Assembly: GCA_043228905.1 (NCBI GenBank) | Contig: JBHGNT010000002.1 | Span: 6,944,001 to 7,008,000 of the forward strand | Direction of reading: 5' to 3' | Origin: Azolla caroliniana | Taxonomy: Eukaryota; Plantae; Polypodiophyta | Length of the DNA: 64,000 nt | Part shown: piece by piece, positions 47,831 through 59,150 of the stretch | Numbering within the stretch: position 1 is the stretch's first letter | Layout: each line of letters opens with the position of its first letter | Position numbers and translations under genes: made by a program | Notes under the pieces: model-generated | The model's database searches: none | Seen by the model: only the letters and a program-made list of their open reading frames with translations | What the model was told of the DNA's origin: nothing

Positions 47831-48959
47831 ATGGGGTAACCGATTTCGCAACGTCTTTCAGCGACTCCTCCGGGCCACTGACCCTTTTAGTGGTGTCGGC
47901 GGAAAGCATCCGCTCTGTGATCAACCAAGCCCCGCTTGGGCTTGATTCTCCAATGTCCGAAGTTTCGGCTCCGATGCCGATCCAGCCGGACTCGTTCTGA
48001 ACCCTTGCTCTTCTTCTTCCCGATTCCCGACCTTCGCCCGATCGGTCTTTCTCCCCATGTAAAAGAGGGCAGCTCGTTCCGCACCCTCTTCCATATCGGC
48101 ACCTTCATGCCGATTCTAGCCCCCGTCAAATAATCCACGACCGGATCGTGCCCCACCCGAATCGGAGTGCCGTGCGGGTCGGTCCCTGGTCGGATCGTTT
48201 CATGGTCTCTTCATCGACCTTCTCGTGAGCCATTTCCCATCCCACTTCGCTAGCATCGTGCTAGGACTCGTCGATATCGTCATCCATCTCATCGGTTTCA
48301 CATGGGCGTAAGGGCCCGAAGGTTGAGTTCTCCGGAATCGGTTCCGAGGGCTCTTGTCCGCTCCTTCCCCGTATCGTCTCTCTGGTGATTCTCAGTTTCT
48401 CGCCGTCGCCTTCCTCCTCTTGGGACTCACGTGGGCACTCGGGCCCGACTGCCATTGTCTCGAGAGCAAGTGTGGGCAGACGCATAGAATCGTCTGTCCT
48501 ATTTACGCCCTTATCCGCAGCCACCGGCTCCTCGTGGTCGGTGGTCGTCTTCTTACCAATCGCGAAAGCCCCGCCTGGGCTTGCTTCTCCAATGTCTAGA
48601 GTTTCGGGTTGACGTGCCCGAAACCGCCGATCCCAACATTCTGATTCCGTGATTGGTGTCTCGGCCTCGTCCTCGGTCGTTCTATCTCACCAAGTCGAGA
48701 GGGCGTTTTGTTTTGCACCCTCTCCCGTGGTACCGTGGTACTGACCTTCTGCCATCTCGTGGGGCAAGCTCATCTCCTCAGTCTCAGCTCGCGGCCTCGA
48801 TCTTTCCTCTTCCTCGAGCATTGCCTTGAGAGCTGCGTACGCCTCCGCAATCCTGGCTCCGACGCCGACCCTTGAAGACTCTCTTTGCCGTTCGGCCTCT
48901 TCCCGCTGTGATGGAATGCCGTCGTGCGCCTTCCTCTTAGCCTTCTTGGCTCGCTCGTC

Positions 48960-49484
48960 ATCTAGCCGTTGGCATACCCTTCTGACCTTCGACCAGTCCT
49001 CCGTAAGGCCATTCGCTCCATCTTCGTCTTCGGGCTCAATCCCGATGACCTCCCGTTCTGCTCAGTCGATCGACCTGACGAACAACAGGACTTTGTCCAC
49101 CCCCACCAAACCTTGTTCCCGCTCTGGGAGCCGAGCAAGCCGCCGCTCGAACTCTCAGAACTCCTTCATTGCACCCCGGTGGGTCTTCGCCGATGCAACC
49201 CACTGGTCGAAGTCGCATTGTTCCCAACTCTTATGACGTCCTCCATATGCCTGTAGGAGTGCCTCTTCGAAGGCCTCCCACGAACTCTGAGCTTCTCGGA
49301 GCTCCTTCACTTTTGCGTGCATACGGACGACGACTACCTGACAGAAGAACTCCAGCCTCAACGCCTCGTCTACGCCTCGCTCCTCCATTTCCGCGTTGTA
49401 GGCTTCCAAGTAAGATGGGACTTTGTCCCCGTTGAAATGGACAACTCTTTCGACCACTCGCTCAACCGCTTGCTGCACCGTCAC
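48960..49484 (-). pseudogene. gag remnant (element E)
   Basis: HFNGDKVPSYLEAYNAEM..DFDQWVAS..VGVDKVLLFVRSID..DGANGLTEDW with stops. Confidence 0.78.
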
Positions 49485-49578
49485 TCATCTTGTCGTTGCT
49501 CGTCTAAACTCCCTCACCGCTTCGACAAAAAGTTCCGTGAAGTCGTCTTCTTCCAGCTCCATCCTCTGTTACCGCCCT

Positions 49579-49595
49579 TCACATCGGGTTCACCA
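49579..49595 (-). promoter_or_regulatory. PBS, tRNA-Trp (element E)
   Basis: TGGTGAACCCGATGTGA four nt inside the LTR. Confidence 0.85.
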
Positions 49596-49599
49596 AATA

Positions 49600-50479
49600 T
49601 GTCACGTTGTTACGCGCGTGCGTGGAGCAGGGCGGGACCACAGGGGTCTCGGCCTAGGCAAAAAAGGGGGTGGCCGAGAAACCGACTACGGACGCTCTCC
49701 GGAGGCAACCGAACGCAGCAACCCCTTCACAAAGGGGCACTCCCTTCCTTTTATAGACCAAGGAGAGGGATGCGTTACAATGTCGGATAAATCCCAACTT
49801 ACATGGGATTCTCTGTCCCCACTTGACTCCTACTATTCACACGTTTTTACAAGGGTGAGTACACATGATGCACTCCACCGATTCTCCCGATATTCTCTGA
49901 TTCCGCCTAGGGACAGTTTTCTCCACGACATACGCCCCCACCTAACCGCGCATCCACCGATATGCGCCAAAATAGACTCTTTGCCGGAGAAGACCGGCCT
50001 GCGCTTACCCTTCGTCCTCCGGATCGCCATTCGCTTCGAACCGGTTGTCCTCGTGCGTGCCTCCTCGTAGGCTTGTTTGACCTGTCGATAGGTCAATTGC
50101 CGCGATTGCATAGTATGCGTACTTCGTTGTTGGCCCTTCACTTCGCGGAATGCACGCTTCGCTATCCGCCGTAGGTTCGGGGTCCTCCGCTTGAGGAGCG
50201 CCCGTAACGGCCCGCTTGGCCTTAGTCCGTTGCTGTGTTGTCTTGGTCGCCATCTTTGCCACCGCCACCGTCTATCACTCTCAGTCTCACACGAGCTCTC
50301 AGGCCGGATGCCAGAGTCTCTAGAGTCGGTGCGTGTGAAATCCGGGCACCACCGCTTCTCTTTCGCCTGTGGGTGTCCTCTGCGTCCGAGGAATACCTGT
50401 AGTAGCAGGCTTGGCCCTCTTCCGTCTTGCGTCGTTGCCGCCGGGTTGAAGCCTTTCACTCGCCATCATCCCCACGACA
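49600..50479 (-). repeat. 5' terminal repeat of E: LTR with internal deletion plus ~550 bp of duplicated 3' internal region
   Basis: 49600-49930 matches the LTR; 49931-50472 matches 40840-41381, including the PPT. Confidence 0.85.
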
Positions 50480-51156
50480 ACGTGCGTAGACACGGGCGCA
50501 GACAAATAGGCTAAGAACAACTTGCGTTAGGTGGATAAGCTTCTATTAATCAATATATGCGCGTGGCGCTGTGGGTGATTACAACCAGATAAGTGCCGGT
50601 GTTCGAGCGTAGGCTCTACAGTAGTCAGATATGGAGATGAGTGGGCACACAGAAGGTCGATCCCCTGGTCGGAAGCACTCGGCGTGTAACGCGAGCAGGG
50701 GAAGCGCCTTCCGGTGGCACATCGTAGGACTCCTCGTGTTCTTTTGTCTCTCTTTTCTTTCTCCTCTCTCTCAAAAAAAATGACATCCCCAAAAACAGTC
50801 GAGGGTCGCCCCTTTTATAGCACAAGGAGCGACCGTTATAGAGCATTCATGGCCTTGTCGCTTTAACTTCCTAAATTCTCCCCTTGATTCGCTCTCCTCC
50901 TAACTCTCCGTACTTACGCGATGTGTGAATCCCTATTAATGCTTTAACTACTTAGTACACCCCCTTTTTCCTATGCCTAGTACTTACACTATCTAATTCA
51001 CTAGGGATGTGCACTCGTGCACACCAGTGCTCCCGCACGTTTCACACATTGTTTCTACCGATGGCCCGGAATCTTCACGACATCCACCCCCACTAAACCG
51101 CACATACTCCGTTATGTGCCGGGCAAAGATTTTAGTGATGGATTCTGGGCCATCTA

Positions 51157-53129
51157 CTACTCGTCCTCCCCTTCTGAACTTGTCCTTTCGGCTCTTGGGT
51201 CTCGTTCTGCCTCGCTCCACCTTTTGAAGGCCTTTACCCGCTTCCCGGCCGTTGGAGTCATCATTCGGGTCCTGCCGAGCTCCGCGAGATTATACGTCGC
51301 GTTATCGTTGATGTTAATTACCACGTATGGCCCGAACCATCGCTTTGTGAACTTACGCATAGACCTATGTTGGTTGTGAAGGCTACTGTTGTAGACTAAC
51401 ACCAAATCGCCTTCCTCGATCCTCCTTGGCCGGAGCCGGTGTGTCCGGTCGAACTGGGCCTTGCTCCGGATTCTTGCTTCTTTCACCCTTGTCGTGGCCT
51501 GCTCCACGTCTTCTGGCCTCCGCTCGAGTTGCCAGATTTGGGCCGCAAGCAATTCTTTTCGGCTCATTTCGTTGGCCCAATCGATCGCCGTCCACGAGAC
51601 GATTGTCCGCTCTACTGGCATGATGGGTTTTTGTCCAAACATTAGTTCTCCCAGCATGTACCCTGTGACCGAACTGTGGCTAGTCCTGTCCGCCCATAGC
51701 GCGTAAGGGAGCAACCACGGCCAATCGCCGACTCGTTCTTTGCATGCGCGTACAATGGTTTTTACGATGGGGCCGTGGCCCTGCTCAATCTTTCCATTGG
51801 CCTCCGGGTTGTACGCCATTGTGAGGGACAATTTTACGCCAAGCCGATCGAACAATTCCTCCGCCTCTTCTGTGTCTAGCTTCCTCGGTCAGCCACAATT
51901 TTTCCCACGCACCCGTATCGGCATATGACATCTTCGATCAGAAACTTACATACTGTCATGGTGGTCTTGTTTGTTAGTGCTCAGCCCTCCACCTGGTTCG
52001 TTAGGTCTTCTCTAGCCAGCACTAGGTATCGCTTCTGACCCTCTCCCATCGGCATGGTTACTAAGTCGACCATCTATTTGAACTGCACGGCCGGGGGGTG
52101 TGTTGGGTGCAGCTCGTCACAGTGTCGAACCACCGAGCGCATCTGGTAGCTTTCGCACGTGGACACAAAGTCGTGCACGCTCCTATATATACCCGGCCAC
52201 CAATGTTTCTCCTTTATCCTCTCGAATGTGGCCCATGTACCCTGGTGTCCAGACCAAGGGCTTTCGTGGAACTCCGGTATTAGCTTCTCATGATCATCCA
52301 CCCGCGCTATTACCCGGAGCAGCGCGTCATTTCGCCTTCTTGGGATCCTCCAGATTTTCCCATTCCGTAGGAAGTATCGGTATGCCCTTTTTCGGAGTTT
52401 TCCTGCTTCCTCCCTAGTCATTGAGGCGTCCGCCGTCATTATTTTTAGAAATCTTCTGATTAAAAGCCACTCCCCATCGTAGTCATCTTCGTCAAATTCG
52501 TTCAGGGGCGGAGCGCTTCGCCCTTTTATCCTCATCCTTGCTGATTCGAAGAAGTCCGCGCCGACTTCTTCGTTCTCTGACACCATGGCGTCCTTGTCAT
52601 CGAACCTTGCTCTGGAAGGCATTTCGGCCATGGTGTTGTCTTTACCTGAGATGTGTTGTATCTCTGGGTTCAGGGACTTGATCTACGCAATCCACCTGAG
52701 CATGGCCAGGTCAGGAGTTGCACATCTGGAGACCATACCGAGAATCGGCAGGCAGTCCGTTTCTATAATCACTTCTATCCCGATTAGGTAATCCTTGTCA
52801 ACCTTAACCGCCGAAACGATACCCCATAGCTCGCGCTTGACTTGGGCATATTATCCTCATTGTCGCTCGCTCAGTACCTTAGCACTGAACCGGATAGGGA
52901 AACGTGTGTCGTCTGATCCCGGTCGGACTGGTGTCCACTGTGATGTAGACCAGGGTTCCCGATGCGTATTCTGCTTTGCGTAAAGCTGGTGCCGTAGTCA
53001 GCGTTCGTTTTAGCCTCCGGACTACGTCGGTATGTTCCTTTGTCCATTTTAATTTCTTGCTCTTCTTTAGCAAGCCGTACAGTGGTTCGGCGATGTGTGC
53101 ATAATGAGGGATCCATATGTGGTAGAAGG
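51157..53129 (-). pseudogene. gypsy RNase H and integrase pseudogene (Wb)
   Basis: ITVDTSPTGI, FHESPWSGH..CESYQ, AYNPEANGKIE, WFGPY; stops and frameshifts; no chromodomain. Confidence 0.9.
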
Positions 53130-53134
53130 CACAT

Positions 53135-53590
53135 TGTTACCCGGACCCGGACAATCAGTTTTACCGAACAAGTGGGAAAGCGTCGAAAACGGAGTCGGTT
53201 CGGATCGACTGTTCGGATCAATGACTCAGCAGTGAACGAAGAGAACTAAGTTAGTTAGATAATTTTGTAATTCTTGATAGTAAGTAGGAATAGTTCTTGA
53301 TGAGAAAAGACCTTCGGTATACCTATAAAAGGGAACCGAAGGCATTGTAAGAAAGGTCGTTTATTTAGTAATATAAGTTTAAGTTAGGAATATCATGTAC
53401 GGATTCTGTGTTCTTTCTATTGTCTATGTTGTTAAGTGCAAGCTTCCTAATTTATAACTAAGTAACGATCACGGTAATTACCGATTAATATAGTATAATT
53501 CTGTTCGTAAAACACAATTCCTTGTTAGAACGTTGAGTAGCGACGTTCACTCTTCTGTATCGGTAGTAGTTAGTAATTAGCCGATTAACA
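53135..53590 (+). repeat. 5' LTR of R1b
   Basis: TGTTACCCGG...GATTAACA; TATA box near 53324. Confidence 0.96.
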
Positions 53591-53601
53591 CAGAAGAATT
53601 T

Positions 53602-53614
53602 TGGCACGCCCGGT
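53602..53614 (+). promoter_or_regulatory. PBS, tRNA-Arg(UCU) (R1b)
   Basis: TGGCACGCCCGGT after an 11-nt spacer. Confidence 0.85.
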
Positions 53615-53649
53615 TACATCTGCAATTAAGCAGAGAACAAATCGAATGG

Positions 53650-56600
53650 ATGTCGTATGAAGAGGAGACACCAGTTAGTTGTAAGCGCCCTCGTACAAGG
53701 TCAGTTACGAAGGCAGTGCAGGAAGTGTTCATTGCGCAAGAACAGTCGGAATCAAGCACAGAGTGGTCGAAACTTCCTGACTTAGCTGATCAATTACCTT
53801 CAGACGAAAAACAGACGGAAGAGGTATCGTTTTACGACATTTGGGACGATATGCCTTATACTTATTCTAAATTCCGGGAAGGAACAGATGCGGAAGCACA
53901 TGTTAGGGATTTCTTAACGACATGGGAGATTAACCATGGAGCTCAGCGATTGTCGGCAGATGCCGACGATAAGTCAAAAATCGATGAGTTCGTCTTATCA
54001 TTAGACGGATATTCCGCCAATTGGTTTGTGCAGAACGGTCTTCAAGGATTTCCATCCTTTGAAGTGTTAACTAGTAAATTTTTACAATTATTTCATCAAC
54101 AAATTCCGCAGAAGGATTTGATTGCGCAATTTTATGCGTTATATCAAGAAAAAAATGAAACAGTATCTCAGTTTGTGATACGATTTCAAAACTTACAGCT
54201 TCAGATTTCAAGGCCGATTCCGGATAATGAATTAAAAGAAGTCTTTCTAGAAGCTGTAAAAGAACCATTAAGGACGACATTGAAAGTGTTCGATTTTCGA
54301 AATCAGACTATCGAACAAGTAATTGATAAAGCAATAGAAATGGGTCGACCACCGGTCAATGTTCAGAGTATGGACATGTCTGCATTACACCGTACATTAC
54401 CAACAATAGAGGAGTTACAATTTCGACAAGCAGTTCAATGCACCACTTGTTTAAATACGGGTCATTCGGCAATTGAATGTACGTTAAGAACACATTGTAC
54501 AATATGTCATTCAAAATTACATTCAGTAGAACAATGTGAATATAATCTGCTTAATAAAGCTACGGCGTCAGTACGACAAATTTTTACTGACAATGGTTAC
54601 CAAAATAACACTAATCTGTTCAATGGTTATCAAAATAATAATTTTTCACAAAATCAGCAAAATGTACAACAAAATCCGGTTTTACAGCCAAATCAGATCT
54701 TTTCACAACAAAATATGCAACCCACTCAAGTGACTCAAGCATTTCAACCAGGTTTTGCTCAATCCAACCCACCATTCGTACAGAATCCGAATCAATATTT
54801 TCAACAAAATAATCAAAGTTTCCAACAAGGTAACCCACCATTTCAAGGATTTCAACAAAACTGTCCGAATGTGCAACCGAATTCTACATTTCAACCAAAT
54901 CCGGCATTTCAACCGGGTAATATGACCTTTCAACATAATACTCAAACCATTCCACAAAATAATCAAATGTTTCAACAGAATAATTTTCCGCCAAATCAGG
55001 AGTTTGGGATAACACAAAATGTAGCACAACCAAATGATAATACCGAACAATTTAGGCAGAATCGGTATAAAAATAAGAGATTTTACAAAACAAAAGCTAC
55101 ACGTCAATACCAACAAAACCCGAGTGGTAATGAAGAGCAGCAATTTAATAACGGCCAATTTGCACATGGAGAGACCGGTGGAACATTTGTACCCACTTGT
55201 TATATTTGTCGACAACTAGGCCATTATGCTAATCAATGTCCGGTTAAAGGAAAGGGTCCAACAGTTAATATGGTAATACCGGAAGTAACGACACGCAGCA
55301 AAAGCAAACAATCAGAGTGGGAAATTCAGGAAGAAGTTCGGAAGGCGGCAAAAGAATGGGTTGACGAAGCAAATCAAAGTAATGTGAATCGAATGTTACA
55401 AGACAATAACATTGACCAGAACATCGCTGTACAACAGTCATTGGGGAATAAGGAACAGGAAGAAACTTGGAAACTGTTGGCTGATTGCCAAGTGTCATTG
55501 CATCAAAGTAATGTGAATCGAATGTTACAAGACAATAACATTGACCAGAACATCGTTGTACAACAGTCATTGGGGAATAAGGAACAGGAAGAAACTTGGA
55601 AACTGTTGGCTGATTGCCAAGTGTCATTGCCACTTACGGGCTTACTTAAGTTAGTACCAAGGTTTACAGAAAAAGTGGCAGAATTAATTGCATATAAAGG
55701 TTCCGAACAAATAGCAGTACACTACAATCAGCCAAGTAATAACCCTTCGATCATGGATGAACAGAATCCGTCGATTAAGGTAATACTTTACGGGCAAGAA
55801 ATCGGAAATGTGATTATAGATGGAGGCTCGGGAGTTAATGTGATTAACAAAGCTACATGTGAAAAACTAGGAATCACGGAATGGGAAGCATGTCCGTTTT
55901 GGTTACGAATGGCAGATACAAGTACGGTACGACCGATTGGTTTGCTTCGACAACTGGATGCAATAATCGGGGGCCACAGTTTTCAGATTTCGGCAGTAAT
56001 TTTGCAGTTAGAAACACAGGGAGCATACCCCTTGTTATTGGGGAGACCATGGTTAAAGACAGCTAATATCAAACAAAATTGGAAACAAAATGTGCTAACA
56101 TTTAGGAAAGGAAAAACTAAGGTCAGGATTCCAACGCACAACAAAGTGACAACAAGCAAACAGAGTTTACCTGTACATGCAGAAGCAGTTAACATGATGG
56201 AAGGATTGGACGAGGAAGAAGAAAGTCAGTATTTCAATGATAATCAGAAAATCATCCCTCTATTTGAGGTAGATATTTTGCAAGCATTAACACCCTATGT
56301 AGACTCACACGAAGAAGTGCCAATAGATGAGCAAACAATGAAAGAAATACGAATGCAACAAGAAGCTACAGATAAGGAAATGAAGGTATCGCAGAGAGTG
56401 CAAGCCTCAGCATTGGAGGAGATCGATTTGGCAGGAGTAGGGGATGGTGAAAGAAAAACAGTCTTGATTGCTAGAGATTTGGCGGAAAATGAGAAACGGA
56501 CATTAACAACATTACTATTACAATATAAATATGTTTTTGCATGGTCGTTTGACGATATGAAAGGTCTGGATCCCACTTTTTGTCAACATCAAATCAATTT

Positions 56601-58945
56601 GCATAAAGATGCAAAGCCAGTACAACAACGCAGGTACAGGTTGAATCCGAATTATGCTATCAAAGTAAAAGAAGAAATCGATAAACTCTTAAAAGTAGGA
56701 TTTATTCGACCCGTCAAAAAATCAACATGGCTGAGTCCGATAGTAGTAGTCCCAAAAAAGAATGGGAAAATTTGCGTATGTGGATTACAGAAAATTGAAT
56801 GCAGCGACAATTACGGATGCGTTTCCGTTGCCATTCACAGATGGGATATTAGATGCCGTAGCTGGACATGAAATTTATAGTTTCTTGGATGGGTTCAGTG
56901 GGTACAACCAAGTACGGATGAATCCGGAAGATCAGGAAAAGACAGCTTTTGTCACAGAATGGGGTGTCTTTGTGGCAGTAGTAATGATGTTCGGTTTAAA
57001 AACAGCTCCAGCTACATTTCAGCGGGTAATACAGGAAATATTCGGGGAATATATTCCAGCTTTCATGCAGGTGTTTTTAGATGATTTTGAGGTATATAGT
57101 CGGAAAGCTGATCATTTTGAGCATTTACGGCTATGTTTAGAAAAATGTCGAAAAGGGCGTCTTAGCTTAAATCCAGCCAAATGCGCATTCGGAGTAATCA
57201 GTGGTACGTTACTTGGGCATATTGTCAGTCAAGAAGGGATTGTAGTGGACCCAGACAAAGTTAAAGCAATTATTGAGGCAACACCACCAACAAATGCTAA
57301 AGCTCTAAGTAGATTTTTGGGTCAAATTCGGTGGCATAGTAGAATGATGAGATATCTAGCAGACATTGCTATTCCGTTACACACAGCAGTACACAAAGTT
57401 CCTTTTATATGGACAAGTATAGAACAAGATGAATACGAATGTCTCAAGAAGATGCTGACAAAGGTTCCGGTAGTTCAACCACCGGTCTGGAACAAATCAT
57501 TTCATGTTTTCGTCGATGCGTCGGACATTGCCATAGGCAGTGCTTTAATGCAATTATCCGAACCAAACTAGTATAGACCGGTATACTATGCCAGTAGGAA
57601 ACTTTCGTCGGCCGAAAGAAACTATTCAACAACCGAAAGAGAAGCTTTGGGAATGATATATAGTGTGAACAAATTTCGACATTACCTTTTGGGTAAGAAA
57701 TTTACATTTCATGTGGATCATGATGAAAGAAAAAGAATTGCAGTACGAAGTCGAAATTTTTGTTTATTTAATGACATGTTGTATCATAAAGGAGCGGATG
57801 GAATATGGCGAAGGGCAGTACGGAAATTTGAAAAATTAGCTATATTAACAGAGTCACATTGTGGAACTGCTGGCGGTCATTACGCAGGAGAAGCAACAGC
57901 CAGAAAAATATGGAATAGCGGGTTATGGTGGCCAACGGTGATGAAAGATGCTAACGAATACTGTAAGAAATGCGATTTGTGTCAAAGAATGGGGCAACCG
58001 ACCGAAAAGGATCGAATGCCTTTTCAACCGGTTTTACCTCTTGAGCCATTTCAGAAATGGGGCTTAGATTTTGTTGGCCCATTCAAACCAGCAGCTGCAA
58101 GAACCGGTAATCGATATATCATAATTGCGACTGACTATTGCACAAAATGGGTTGAAGCAAAAGCTCTCAGAGACAATACAACAGCATCCATAGCAAAATT
58201 CCTGTATGAAGATATATGGTGTCGATTCGGTTGCCCAATAGAATTGGTAAGCGATCAAGGCACTCATTTTATTAACAAGTTAATTAACGAATTAACTAAT
58301 TATTATGCCGTAGTTCATAAGAAAAGTACGCCTTACTATCCCCAAGCTAATGGATTGGCAGAATCGACAAATAAAACAATTCAAACAATTTTAAAGAAGA
58401 TAATGAATGAAAATCGTACTGATTGGGATCAAAAGTTAAATAGTGCATTATGGGCATATCGTACTTCGTACAAAACATCCATTAAATCAACACCTTTCCG
58501 AATGGCATTCGGACTTGAAGCCGTTATGCCGATCGAATTTCAAATTCCGACACTTCGTATCCAAGCGACGAATAAGTTAAATGAAATAGAATCGGAGCAG
58601 ATACGCAAAGAGGCTTTATTAGTATTAGAAGAAGAACAGATTCAATCAATGTCAGCACTAGAACACAAGCAGAGACAAATCAAGGCATTCGTAAATCGAC
58701 ATCGAAGGAAATCGGAAGAGCAATTCGAAATTGGGAAACCGGTATTGGTATTCCAGACGAAAATGGGACTTATGCCTGGGAAACTCCGATATAGATGGAC
58801 AGGTCCAATATGGATAATTAATAGTAAAAATGGTACGTATCAGCTGGGATCATTAACCGGAGAGGTTTTACCGAAATGGGTAAATGGATTCCGGCTTAAA
58901 CCATATTTGGGAGATATGCCGGTAAACCCGTTTATTCAAACGTAA
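53650..58945 (+). pseudogene. gypsy gag-pol (R1b): gag and protease open, pol disrupted
   Basis: Relative to R1a: 129-bp in-frame duplication (55373-55630), frameshift near 56775, stop at 57569-57571, 309-bp deletion at 57721. Confidence 0.93.
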
Positions 58946-59150
58946 GAGTAAAAAAAAAATAAAAATAAAAACTAACTAACTCACTCAATAGTTATTGTCA
59001 ATGCAGAAATAGAATCTTGCCATAACAGTCTGAATCGACTATAAATAGAAAGAGGAATTGCATGATTATTAGTAAGTAGTACAACCACTACACGTAGAGT
59101 TAATACTAATTAATTCCTACATTAATAGCAATTACTATTCTGTAGTCATA

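Larger units (their letters stand above)
40136..50479 (-). mobile_element. gag-only non-autonomous group W element E with extended terminal repeats; hosts copia D
   Basis: Perfect TSD ACGT (40132-40135, 50480-50483); TGTCG...CGACA; repeats 40136-41381 and 49600-50479; Trp PBS; gag remnant; no pol. Confidence 0.9.

Noticed and set aside
51157-51300. Chromodomain at gypsy integrase C-termini (Wb, R1)
   Set aside because: ORFs end soon after the GPY/F-type motif with no room for a chromodomain.
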